This document shows, piece by piece, positions 46,146 to 55,307 of a stretch of 64,000 nucleotides of DNA (position 1 is the first letter of the stretch; each line of letters begins with the position of its first letter). Made by a program: the position numbers and the translations under genes. The notes beneath the pieces were generated by a model, which saw only the letters and a list, made by a program, of their open reading frames with translations, had not been told where the DNA came from and made no database searches. The DNA lies in the NCBI GenBank assembly GCA_903921785.1, contig CAIXRH010000025.1, positions 55,069 to 119,068 on the forward strand. The letters run 5' to 3'. The DNA comes from an uncultured Pseudomonadota bacterium (GTDB lineage Bacteria; Myxococcota_A; UBA796; SXON01).

Positions 46146-47753
46146 GTGTGGGCCTTCCTCCTCGGGTGCACGACCGCGCCCTCCTCCGACACCGCCGGGT
46201 CGACGGACAGCGTCGACACCGCGGAGACGGGCGACACCGCCGCCCCCACCGCGTACTGTGACGACGGCACCGTCGCCCGCCCGTTCGACTTTACCGCCGC
46301 AGGCGCCGACTATGGTGGCCTCGCCGGCGACGTGACCGTGCCCACCGACGCCGGCGACTGGTCGCTGGGCAGCACCTGGACCGGCTGCGACAGCTACGTG
46401 TTCATCGGGGTCTCTGCGACCGACGGCTACACCTCGCTGCTGCTCGACGACGACCTCGCCCAGCTCCTGAAAAAGGGCCCCGAGCACGCCCACTACGTGC
46501 TCTTCGCCGACGCCTCTGCCGCCGACGCCCCCGCCCTACAGGCGCAGCTCCGCACCCTCGTCGACGCGTCCCTCGACGCCATCCCCGCCAACCGCCGGGA
46601 TGAGTGGGCCACGCGCGTGCACGTCGCCACGGTTCGCGCGGCCGACGCCCCCGGCTGGATCGGCGCGTTGTTCGCGGCCTACCAGTTCCCGGTCGTCGGG
46701 GTGGACCACGCCCAGACGATCCGCGAGGTCGGCTACCTCGCCGATCCGCTCACCAACTGGACCACGGCCACCTGGGAGACCCTCGGCTACGAGGTGCAGC
46801 TCTACGAGTTCGAGGCCCAGCGGCAGGCCCGCCTCGACGCCGAAGGCGCCACCGTCGTGCGCGTCTTCGACGCCGCCGACACCCGCACCGCCGACTGGAC
46901 CGGCGCGGCCACGATCGAGCTCCCGGACGCCGCCACGATGGCCAGCTTCAACCGCGTGGAGGTGGACGTCACGCTCGCGTGCGGCGGCCCCTGGTACGAC
47001 GCCTGCCCGGCCTGGGACACCTCCGACTACTTCTGGCGCTGCGAGAACGACGACCCCGCCACGGAGGCCGACGAGTCGCAGACCTGCGAGGAGATGAGCC
47101 GGATCATCACCGGGTACTGGCGGGGAGGGCGCTGGGTCACCGACGGACGCCACCAGCTCCCGGCGCTGCTCGACGGCGGCGCGCACACCTTCCGTTACAC
47201 CGGCAGCATGGCGAACATCGTCACGGTGGACCTCCGCTTCTACCACGACGAAGCCTCGTTCTCCCCCATCGGCGCCCAGCAGCTCTGGTGGGAGACCGGC
47301 GACTTCTGGGACGCCACCTACGACGAACGCCACGCCACCCATCCGGTGGACATCCCCGCCGATGCCACCCACGTGGAGCTGGTGGCGATCCTCACCGGCC
47401 ACGGAAGCGACGGGCACGGCTGCGGCGAGTTCTGCCCGAGCGAGCAGACCTTCACCCTCAACGGCGGCGCCGCCTGGTCGGTGGACTTCCCCACCGCCGG
47501 CTCCCGCGACGGCTGCGCCGAACGCGTGGCCACCGACGGCTCCCTCCCGAACCAGGCCGGCACCTGGACCTACGGGCGCAACGGCTGGTGCCCGGGCCTC
47601 GCGGTGGCCCCGGTGGCGTGGGACGTCTCCGCCGACGCCCTCGCCGGAACGGAGAACACCGTGGGCTACCAGGCCCTCCTCCGCGGCGAACCCTACGTCA
47701 CCGACGGCGACGGCAACCTCGACGTGGGCGTGTGGGTGGTCTGGGGCAACTGA
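46146..47753 (+). CDS. lipoprotein with a PNGase-F-like C-terminal domain (tentative)
   Basis: GTG start gives MWAFLLGCTTA. The C-terminal GHGSDGHGCGEFCPSEQTFTLNGG...GRNGWCPG resembles peptide-N-glycosidase-F-related proteins as I recall them. Starts 4 nt after the upstream stop. Confidence 0.5.
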   Translation: MWAFLLGCTTAPSSDTAGSTDSVDTAETGDTAAPTAYCDDGTVARPFDFTAAGADYGGLAGDVTVPTDAGDWSLGSTWTGCDSYVFIGVSATDGYTSLLLDDDLAQLLKKGPEHAHYVLFADASAADAPALQAQLRTLVDASLDAIPANRRDEWATRVHVATVRAADAPGWIGALFAAYQFPVVGVDHAQTIREVGYLADPLTNWTTATWETLGYEVQLYEFEAQRQARLDAEGATVVRVFDAADTRTADWTGAATIELPDAATMASFNRVEVDVTLACGGPWYDACPAWDTSDYFWRCENDDPATEADESQTCEEMSRIITGYWRGGRWVTDGRHQLPALLDGGAHTFRYTGSMANIVTVDLRFYHDEASFSPIGAQQLWWETGDFWDATYDERHATHPVDIPADATHVELVAILTGHGSDGHGCGEFCPSEQTFTLNGGAAWSVDFPTAGSRDGCAERVATDGSLPNQAGTWTYGRNGWCPGLAVAPVAWDVSADALAGTENTVGYQALLRGEPYVTDGDGNLDVGVWVVWGN

Positions 47754-47784
47754 CCGGCGGCCGGCCCCGGATTAGCGGTCGGCG

Positions 47785-48180
47785 ATGGCCGAGCTGCAGT
47801 TTCACCACCCCGACGTGACGGTCCGCCCCTGCGAGTTCGGCTGGGGCGTCTTCGCCACCGCCGACCTCCCCGCCGAGACCGTGGTCGAACGCGCGCCGTT
47901 CCTCCTCCTCGACCCGGTGGACGCCGGCAATCCCCCGCTCAACGACTACGTCTTCACCGTGACGCACAACTCGCGGTCGGCGCTGGCCGGGCAGCGGGCG
48001 CTGGTGCTCGGCTGGGGGAGCCTGTTCAACCACGCCGATCCGCCGAACGTGGAGCACCGCCTCCGGCTGAAGCAGCGGCTGTTCGAGTTCGTCACCACCC
48101 GCGCGGTCACGACGGGGGAGCAGCTCTTCGTGTCGTACGGGGAGGCCTGGTGGGCGGGTCGGGGGCGGGCGCCGCGCTGA
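47785..48180 (+). CDS. SET-domain protein (putative lysine methyltransferase)
   Basis: GWGVFATADLPAETVV, GWGSLFNHADPPN (NHS-x-x-PN-like), EQLFVSYG; 131 aa. Confidence 0.75.
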   Translation: MAELQFHHPDVTVRPCEFGWGVFATADLPAETVVERAPFLLLDPVDAGNPPLNDYVFTVTHNSRSALAGQRALVLGWGSLFNHADPPNVEHRLRLKQRLFEFVTTRAVTTGEQLFVSYGEAWWAGRGRAPR

Positions 48181-48181
48181 G

Positions 48182-49876
48182 CTACCCCGGCTCCAGGAAC
48201 CGGTCGTCCGCGAGCGCCTGGATGGCCGCCAACACCACGTCCGGTCCGAGCCGGGACCGGACCGCGGCGGCCGCGGTGGCGACGGTCGTTGGCGCCGCGA
48301 AGGCGTCGAGCGTGGCGAGGAGGCACCGCGCCTCCTCCCCCTGGGACATCCCCGGGAACGCTGGGGCGCGCACCGACGGGGCACACACCAGCTCGGTGCC
48401 GAGGCGGGAGCGCACGACGGTGACCGCCTCGTTCGCCAGCCGCGGCGGCGCCACGTGGGTGCCAAGCCACGCCCCGAGCGTGTAGGTCTGCTGGATCGGC
48501 GCCGCCTTGCGCAGGCGCGTGCGCCCGGTGAGCGCGACCATGCGCCGGGTCACCCGGTAGGTGTGTGCTCGCTCCAGCACCCGATCGGCGGTCTCGGCGA
48601 CCGCCTCCTCCAGCGCGTCCTCCGCGAAGCGCACCATGGGCACGGAGGAGTCCCCAGGGGGGCGCCTCTCGAAATAGTCGAGGAACTCCGAGAAGGTCCG
48701 GGCCTCGGTGCGCATCCCGAACTTCTCCGCCTTGTCGGTCACCGCGGCGCCGGGTTGGGCCTCGAGCCGCTGGTACCCGGCCACGCACCCACGGGCGATC
48801 ACCGCGTCCACCAGCCGTTCCTCCTCCTCCAGCGTCGCCGCCGAGGCGTAGGGCAGCCCGGCGATCCCCGAGACCTCCACCTCGACGTTCGGATACCGAC
48901 GGCTGTAGGCGATCACCTCGTCGACCTCCGGGTCGGTGGCGCACGCCTTGAGCACGCCGCGGCGCATCAGGTCGAGCCGCTGGCGCTCCGAGAAGCAGCC
49001 GACGTCGATCACCACGTACACCTGGAAGAAGGTCCGGGCCAAGGCGTCGATCAGCTCGTTGCTCGGGCGCCCCCAGAGAAACCACGTGCAGCTGTGACGG
49101 GAGAGGTCCACGCCGGCCCACGCCGCGTCGAGGAACGCCACGGAGGCCCCGGAGAAGTCGTAACGGACCTGCCACGTGCGCGGGGCGATCTCCCGATGGT
49201 CCTCACGCACCCCGATCGGGGAGCGCAGGTACGGGTCCACCCGCCCGAAGACCTCCTTCTGGTTCTTCCGGGCGCCGCCGCAGTACAGACACGTCTCCGC
49301 GCAGCCTTTCCCCGGCGCCACCCAGCCGGAGAAGGCGTGGCGGTCGCGTTGGCTCAGGAAGACCTCGTCGAAGTGGGAGTAGTGGATCCCGTCGCTGTTG
49401 CCCGGGCCTTGTACGTAGGTGAGCGGCGGCTTCACGCCGCCCCGGGACACGCAGTTGGGCGGGGCGGGGTCGCCCTCGCAGAGCGCGAGCAGCGGCACCT
49501 CGCCGTCGCCGAAGATGACGTGATCCACGCAGTCGAAGGTGAGGAGCTCGCGCCACCAGGAGGAGGCGCTGTTGCCGCCCATCACGATCTCGACGGTGGG
49601 GTCGACGCGCTTGACCGCGCGCGCCAGCGCCAGCGCCCGGTGCACATGGTGGAACCACTTGAGGCTGATCCCCACCAGCCGCGGCCGCACGCGGGCGACC
49701 AGCGCCTCGATAGATCTGGCGATCTCCTTCGAAGAACCTTCATCATCGTGGAGGCGGACGTACGCCTCCACGCCCGCGCGGCGGAGGAACCCGGCGAGGT
49801 ACAGGATGCCGCACGTGGCCTCGCCGGTGCCGGCGCCGAGCAGGAGGACGGGAGAGGGTCCGCGACGGTCGCGCAT
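48182..49876 (-). CDS. B12-binding-domain radical SAM protein
   Basis: N-terminal cobalamin-domain-like region (VLLLGAG...LVGISLKWFHHV...VMGGNSAS) and a radical SAM cluster motif CAETCLYC (CX3CX2C). ATG 49876 chosen inside track ORF 48182-50308. Confidence 0.8.
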   Translation of the reverse strand: MRDRRGPSPVLLLGAGTGEATCGILYLAGFLRRAGVEAYVRLHDDEGSSKEIARSIEALVARVRPRLVGISLKWFHHVHRALALARAVKRVDPTVEIVMGGNSASSWWRELLTFDCVDHVIFGDGEVPLLALCEGDPAPPNCVSRGGVKPPLTYVQGPGNSDGIHYSHFDEVFLSQRDRHAFSGWVAPGKGCAETCLYCGGARKNQKEVFGRVDPYLRSPIGVREDHREIAPRTWQVRYDFSGASVAFLDAAWAGVDLSRHSCTWFLWGRPSNELIDALARTFFQVYVVIDVGCFSERQRLDLMRRGVLKACATDPEVDEVIAYSRRYPNVEVEVSGIAGLPYASAATLEEEERLVDAVIARGCVAGYQRLEAQPGAAVTDKAEKFGMRTEARTFSEFLDYFERRPPGDSSVPMVRFAEDALEEAVAETADRVLERAHTYRVTRRMVALTGRTRLRKAAPIQQTYTLGAWLGTHVAPPRLANEAVTVVRSRLGTELVCAPSVRAPAFPGMSQGEEARCLLATLDAFAAPTTVATAAAAVRSRLGPDVVLAAIQALADDRFLEPG

Positions 49877-50072
49877 CGGGGCGCCATACACCGTCCGCGC
49901 CCGCCCCACCCGTCTCAGGCGCAACGACCGCCTGCGCTCCCCCTCCATCGCCGCGGATCGGGAAGCTGGCGGGCCCCGGGCGGGACAGCCCCGCATGGGC
50001 CAACCCCAAGCGGGCCAGGGGTAGGAAGGCCGGGAGGTGAACCCGGTTATGAACCCCCCGCGAGGCCCGCCG

Positions 50073-51611
50073 ATGCTCCTTCCCCTGCTGTTCTCCGCCT
50101 TCGCCGCGCCCGTCACCGTCGACCTTTCCGGGACCGTGCCGTCGCGAGCTTCGCCGCTCGTAGGGGTGATCGCGGGGCCCACGAGCCCCGACAGCCCCGT
50201 CGACCTCACGCAGAAGTTCCACGAGTTCGGAATCCGGAGCGTCCGGAACAACGACTTCCACGACGACCGGCTCGACATGGAGGGCATCTTCAATTGCGGA
50301 GGGTCCACCTACCCTTCCTGGACCGGCTGCGACGCCGCTGACGACCGCTTCTACAACTGGGCCCCCTCGGACGCGATGATGAAGACGTTCAAGGACGGCG
50401 CGCTCGAGCCCATGCTGCGCCTCGGCGGCGAGTCCCAGAACGCTGGCCGCAACCACGACTTCAAGGGCCCGCAGGACGCCGCGCAGGAGCGCGCCTGGAT
50501 CACCGCCGCCACGAAGGTCGCCACCCGGTACCGCGCCCAGTACACCTACCTCGACATCTGGACCGAGTTCCCCGGCCCGCAATTCTGGGATCGCGACCAG
50601 CCGTCCTTCTACTCTTTCTGGGCCGATGCGTACCGGGCGGTGAAGGCGGCAGTCCCCGAAGCGCGCGTCGGCGGCCCCGGCTTCAACGTCTTCGCGACCA
50701 AGAAGATGCTCATGGGCGAACGGCGCCTCCTCGTCGTGGAGTTCCTCACCGAGCTCCACGCCAAGGGGGTCCGGCCCGACTGGATCGGCTGGCACATCTT
50801 CAGCAACGATCCTCAGGAATATGCGGACGCCGGCAAGGCCTACCGCCGCCTGCTCGACGGCACCGGGGAGTACAGCCGGGTGCCCTGGGCGGCGGACGGT
50901 TGGTTCAAGGGGGTGGAGCTCGTGCTCGACGCGTTCGGCACCACCGACCGCGACCGCCAGGAGCCCCTCGATGCCGCGGTGGTGTACGAGCTGCACCACG
51001 GCGCCCGCGGCGCCGCCGTCCTCGGCGCCGCCCTGGCCGCGATCGCCGAGACCGACACGACGCGCGCCTACTACTACCGGGCGAACGACCCGACCGCGGT
51101 CCCGGAGGGCGCCGCGCGGCGTGGGGGGGCGGGCGCGCCGGCCGCCGGTCACCGCGGTCCGGGCGGTCCGGGCGGGCGGGGCGGGGGCAGTCGCGGCGGC
51201 GGTCGTGGCGGGGGCGGGGGCGGGGGAGGAGGAGGCGAAGGCGGCGGCGGCGGAGACTCCGGCTTCACCGGGCTCTTCGACCCCACCGGCGCCCCCAAGA
51301 AGGCCGCCCACGCGTTCCGCCTCTGGAACCGGTTCACGGCCGCCTACCCCACCGAGCTGGCCGCGGCCGCCGTGACGGGCGGCGCGCGCGTGGTCTACGC
51401 GAAGGGCACGGCGGGCACGGCGTTGTACATCGCCAACCCCACCGACGCCGAGGTGAGCCTCGACACGAAGGGGCCGCTGACGCTCAGCAAGGCCGCCGGC
51501 GCGTCCCTCTGGCTGGTCGACGCTACCCACGACGCCCCCGCGGCCGAGCCGCTGCCCGCCGGCGCGCTGAAGCTCCCGGCGTGGAGCGTCGCCCTGGTCA
51601 CGCTGCCCTGA
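50073..51611 (+). CDS. secreted TIM-barrel glycoside-hydrolase-like protein with an internal Gly/Arg-rich insertion (tentative)
   Basis: Signal-like MLLPLLFSAFAAP. YTYLDIWTEFPGP resembles the WNEP acid/base motif region of clan GH-A enzymes, and the C-terminal FTGLFDPTGAPKKAAHAFRLW is typical of such folds. Alternative ATG at 50037. Confidence 0.5.
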   Translation: MLLPLLFSAFAAPVTVDLSGTVPSRASPLVGVIAGPTSPDSPVDLTQKFHEFGIRSVRNNDFHDDRLDMEGIFNCGGSTYPSWTGCDAADDRFYNWAPSDAMMKTFKDGALEPMLRLGGESQNAGRNHDFKGPQDAAQERAWITAATKVATRYRAQYTYLDIWTEFPGPQFWDRDQPSFYSFWADAYRAVKAAVPEARVGGPGFNVFATKKMLMGERRLLVVEFLTELHAKGVRPDWIGWHIFSNDPQEYADAGKAYRRLLDGTGEYSRVPWAADGWFKGVELVLDAFGTTDRDRQEPLDAAVVYELHHGARGAAVLGAALAAIAETDTTRAYYYRANDPTAVPEGAARRGGAGAPAAGHRGPGGPGGRGGGSRGGGRGGGGGGGGGGEGGGGGDSGFTGLFDPTGAPKKAAHAFRLWNRFTAAYPTELAAAAVTGGARVVYAKGTAGTALYIANPTDAEVSLDTKGPLTLSKAAGASLWLVDATHDAPAAEPLPAGALKLPAWSVALVTLP

Positions 51612-51643
51612 ACGGCGCGGGAGCCGCGGTGATAGCGGGAGCC

Positions 51644-53008
51644 ATGGTCCGCCGCGCCCAACTCGTCGCCGCGCTCGCCGTCGCGGCGGCGCTGGGCTGC
51701 GATCCTGGCCCCGAGTCCGGCGCGGCCGGGGAGGAAGGGCCGGCGGCGGAGATCGCCTGGTCCGAGGCCATCCCCACGGTGGCCACCGTGTCGTGGTCCG
51801 GCGAGGCAGACGGCGGCTTCGTGGAGGTCGGGCGGGCAGGCGGGGCGTGGCGACGCATCGCCGCGGAGCGCCAGGCGGATGGCGACTGGCGCGCGGTGGT
51901 CGTGGGCCTGCGCCAGGGCACCGACTACCAGCTCCGCGCCGGTACGATCGGCGAAGATGGCAGCGAAACCCTCGGCCCCGCAGTCGACGTCACCACCGGC
52001 GGCGCGTCGGCCAAGCTCCCCGACCTCTTCCTCGACGCCGACGCCGTCGCCGACGACCCCGGGCTGCTCGCGACGACCTTCATGGGTGGGTCCAGCTACG
52101 CCGTGCTCCTCGACGCCGACGGGCTCGTGACCTGGTGGTACGCCAATCCTTACGAGGGACGGGTGATGACCCGCACGCTGCCGAGCCGGAGCGGGCGCTC
52201 AGTCTTCATCGACGTCGCCCGGTCCATCGACCTGGACTCGGAGGGCAACTTCGGCCTGCTCGAGGTGGCCTGGGACGGCACGCTGCTGCGGTGGATCGAG
52301 ACCTCCGCCCTCCACCACGACTTCCTCGAGCTCCCCAGCGGCGACCTCGTCTTCCTCTCCGACGAAAAGCGCGTCATCGACGGCGTGGGCTACTCCGGGG
52401 ACCTCGTGGTCGTCCTCGGCGGCGACGGCATGGAGCACACCCTCTGGAGCGCCTGGGACTACTACGATCCTACGCAGTTCGCCGGACAGCACGACTTCGC
52501 CCATGCCAACGCCCTTCGTTACGACGAGAGCACCGACACGCTCTGGCTCGGCGTGCACAACGCCAACCAGCTCCTCCAGCTCGACCCGACGACCGGCGCG
52601 GTGCGCAAGCGCGTCTTCGGGCGGGACACCGACTACCCGCTGAGCGACGGCTCCGGACCGTTGTCCCAGCACAACTTCACGCTGCTCCCCAGCGGGGTGC
52701 TGATCCACGACAACCGGGACGCCGCGGGCCTCCCCGCCCGCGTCGTCGAGTTCGCCCTCACCGAGTCTCCGGCGGGCGCGGCCCAGGTCTGGGAATACGA
52801 GCCCACGGACGCGTTCACCGTGGCCGCGTTCGGCGACGCGCTACGCCTCGCCGACGGCGACACGATCGCCGTGTGGGGCAGCGCCGGGGTCATCGATCGC
52901 GTCGACGCCGACGGGGCCCTGCGCACCCGCTTCTCCGGCGGCCTCGGCACTGCGTTCGGCTACGCCCAGTGGCTCGACGACCTCCAGCCGTTGCCGCAGG
53001 CCGAGTGA
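51644..53008 (+). CDS. arylsulfotransferase (ASST)-like beta-propeller lipoprotein
   Basis: Lipobox AALGC. LHHDFLELPSGDLVFL, DFAHANALRYDESTDTLWLGVHNANQLLQLDPTTGAV and QHNFTLLPSG match ASST-family patterns. Confidence 0.7.
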   Translation: MVRRAQLVAALAVAAALGCDPGPESGAAGEEGPAAEIAWSEAIPTVATVSWSGEADGGFVEVGRAGGAWRRIAAERQADGDWRAVVVGLRQGTDYQLRAGTIGEDGSETLGPAVDVTTGGASAKLPDLFLDADAVADDPGLLATTFMGGSSYAVLLDADGLVTWWYANPYEGRVMTRTLPSRSGRSVFIDVARSIDLDSEGNFGLLEVAWDGTLLRWIETSALHHDFLELPSGDLVFLSDEKRVIDGVGYSGDLVVVLGGDGMEHTLWSAWDYYDPTQFAGQHDFAHANALRYDESTDTLWLGVHNANQLLQLDPTTGAVRKRVFGRDTDYPLSDGSGPLSQHNFTLLPSGVLIHDNRDAAGLPARVVEFALTESPAGAAQVWEYEPTDAFTVAAFGDALRLADGDTIAVWGSAGVIDRVDADGALRTRFSGGLGTAFGYAQWLDDLQPLPQAE

Positions 53009-53027
53009 AGGAGCAGAAAGAAGGGGG

Positions 53028-53079
53028 GTTCCCCCTCCCGGCCCTCCTCCACGCTCGCGAGCCACGACCGGCGTCGGCG
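53028..53079 (+). repeat. 52-bp intergenic repeat, copy 2 (partner at 42677-42728)
   Basis: GTTCCCCCTCCCGGCCCTCCTCCACGCTCGCGAGCCACGACCGGCGTCGGCG. It begins 20 nt after the ASST-like gene stop. Confidence 0.85.
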
Positions 53080-53231
53080 CGGGCGCCGCGGCGGCCAGCC
53101 TCCGCTCGAAGCGCGACGGTTCACGGCCGGGCCCTGCCCGGCCGGCGCCTGACCCGGGTCGACCGGAGCGCCGACGTCGGTCTGGCGCCCGTGTGTCCGT
53201 CGTCCCTCCCCCGAACGGCGGCCTCGCGCGC

Positions 53232-53786
53232 TCAGCCGCCCGTGTACGCCTGGAGCTGCGCCGCGTCGTCGAGCACCAGGCCGACCTCCTCTTCGCGGTA
53301 CTCGGTATGCCCGACCGCCTCGTCGTCGAGCACCCGGAGCTCCAGGGTGTCGAACGCGCCGGCGTGGACGCTGGTCTCCCCGGCGTCGGCGACCGTCACC
53401 TGCTCGCTGCGCGAGGCGACGTCCGTGCCGCCCGCGCCATCGAAGTGGGTCCAGGCGAATTCTCGCGTCCACGCGTCGCCCACCGCGAGCGTGGCCGGAA
53501 GCAGGAGCACCGGCGGGTCGTACTCCCAGCGCTCCGTGACCCCGTCCGTGGTCACCTCGCGGCTCACCGCCCAGAGCCCGTCGGCGTCGCAGGTGTCGTG
53601 CTCGATCCAGCCGTCTCCCTCGATCGTCGCGTCGGCCGCGCCGAGCTCGGTGAGGGTGGTGGTGAGCTCCGCATCGTCCGCGAAGCGCCGCCACGTCCAG
53701 TGCCGGCCTTCGCCCGTGAACCCCGAGTAGGCCGGGCAAGGCGACTCAGGGGCGGGCGCGCAGGCGAGGACGATGAGCAGGAGCAT
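53232..53786 (-). CDS. hypothetical lipoprotein
   Basis: MLLLIVLACAPAP (lipobox), 184 aa, acidic, no family recognised. Confidence 0.5.
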   Translation of the reverse strand: MLLLIVLACAPAPESPCPAYSGFTGEGRHWTWRRFADDAELTTTLTELGAADATIEGDGWIEHDTCDADGLWAVSREVTTDGVTERWEYDPPVLLLPATLAVGDAWTREFAWTHFDGAGGTDVASRSEQVTVADAGETSVHAGAFDTLELRVLDDEAVGHTEYREEEVGLVLDDAAQLQAYTGG

Positions 53787-53827
53787 CGCTCGCGGGATCG
53801 GTCAGCCGCGAGGAACCTTGAGGCGCG

Positions 53828-55258
53828 TCAGCGGGCGGCGCCCTGCACCGACCCGATCCACTGCTCCACCGCGCCCGCCTCGGAGGGAATGTGGGCGCTG
53901 AGGTTGTGGTAGCCGTCCTCGGTGACCACGATGTCGTCCTCGATGCGCACGCCGATGCCGCGGTACTTCGCGGGCACCGTCTGGTCGTCTGGCTGGAAGT
54001 AGAGCCCCGGCTCCACGGTGAAGACCATGCCCGGCAGGAGCTTGCCGTAGCGGTAGGTCTCCTGGCGGGCCTTCGCGCAGTCGTGCACGTCGATCCCCAG
54101 CATGTGGGAGATGTTGTGGAGGCTGTAGCGGCGGTAGAACTGGTTCTCCTGCTGCAGCGCCTCCTCGGCGTTCGGGAGGATGCCGAGGCGCTCCAGGCCG
54201 CGGGCGAGCACGCGCATCGCCTCCTTGTTCGGGGCCATGAAGTCGATCCCCGGGCGCACCATCGCCATGGCCGCCTGCTGCGCCTCCCACACCAGCTCGT
54301 ATATCTCGCGCTGCGCTGGCGAGAACTTGCCAGACACCGGGAGGGTGCGGGTGATGTCCGCCGTGTAGAGCGCGTGGCCTTCCACGCCCGCGTCGAGCAG
54401 GAGGAGCTCGCCCTTGCCGAGCGGGGCGTGGTTGCGCGTCCAGTGGAGGATGCACGCGTTGGCGCCACAGGCGGCGATGGTGCCGTAGCCGACGTCGTTG
54501 CCTTCGCGGCGGGCGCGACCGTAGAAGATCACCTCCACGTCGCGCTCGCTGGTGGCGGTGGGAAGTGCGCGGATCACGTCCTCGAAGCCGCGCTTCGTCG
54601 CGTCGATCACCGTCTGGAGCTCGGCGAGCTCCGCCGCGTCCTTGAGCAGACGCAGCTCCGCGGCCGCGGCGCCGAGCTCGGCGTCGCGCTCCGTGGAAGG
54701 CCGGAGGGCTTCGAGCTGCGGATCGATGCCGGGGAGGATGCGGGCGTCGGGGAGACCGCGCACCACCTCGTCCAGCTCGCGGAGGCTGCGCGCTTCATCG
54801 ACCCCGAAGCGCGGCGGGGTGTGCTCGAGGCCGAGGCGCCGGCCGACCCAGAGCTCGCCCTTGTTGCGGTCCTTGAAGAAGGTGATGTCGGTGCGGTTCA
54901 CCGGCTCCACGAAGAGGACGGACCGGTGGCTGCCGTCGGCTTGCGGGCAGAGCCACAGCACGCAGTCGGCCTCGTGGTTCCCGGTGAGCCACGCGAAGTC
55001 GCTGCCGGGGCGGAAGGCGTAGTGGGTGTCGTTGGCGCGCACCTTCTCGTGGCCGGTGCCGATGAACAGATGCTCGCCGGGAAAGCGGGCGCCGAGGCGG
55101 CTCCGGCGCTCCGCGAAGGCCGCCGCGTTCGCCACCGGAGGCGGCGGCGCGGGATCGAACGCCTTCCACCCCGAGAGCAGGAACTGCTCGAGGTTGGCCG
55201 GGATGTCGGAGTCGTGGGAAGCACGGGCGGGAGCAGGCGCGGTTTCTTCGGCGGACAT
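53828..55258 (-). CDS. pepP: Xaa-Pro aminopeptidase (M24B)
   Basis: Metal ligand contexts LLLLDAGVEGHALYTADITRT, HNISHMLGIDVHD, VFTVEPGLY, GVRIEDDIVVT. ATG 55258 (MSAEETAP). Confidence 0.9.
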   Translation of the reverse strand: MSAEETAPAPARASHDSDIPANLEQFLLSGWKAFDPAPPPPVANAAAFAERRSRLGARFPGEHLFIGTGHEKVRANDTHYAFRPGSDFAWLTGNHEADCVLWLCPQADGSHRSVLFVEPVNRTDITFFKDRNKGELWVGRRLGLEHTPPRFGVDEARSLRELDEVVRGLPDARILPGIDPQLEALRPSTERDAELGAAAAELRLLKDAAELAELQTVIDATKRGFEDVIRALPTATSERDVEVIFYGRARREGNDVGYGTIAACGANACILHWTRNHAPLGKGELLLLDAGVEGHALYTADITRTLPVSGKFSPAQREIYELVWEAQQAAMAMVRPGIDFMAPNKEAMRVLARGLERLGILPNAEEALQQENQFYRRYSLHNISHMLGIDVHDCAKARQETYRYGKLLPGMVFTVEPGLYFQPDDQTVPAKYRGIGVRIEDDIVVTEDGYHNLSAHIPSEAGAVEQWIGSVQGAAR

Positions 55259-55307
55259 GCGCAGACTGCTAACCGTGCTCCGGCCGCGGGCGTTAGCCAC
55301 CGGCGCA

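Noticed and set aside
51108-51260. The G-rich tract as a frameshift or sequencing error splitting two genes
   Set aside because: The reading frame stays open through the tract, and the flanking sequence on both sides belongs to one coherent fold in the same frame. It is kept as an in-frame insertion, though read-level verification is advised.
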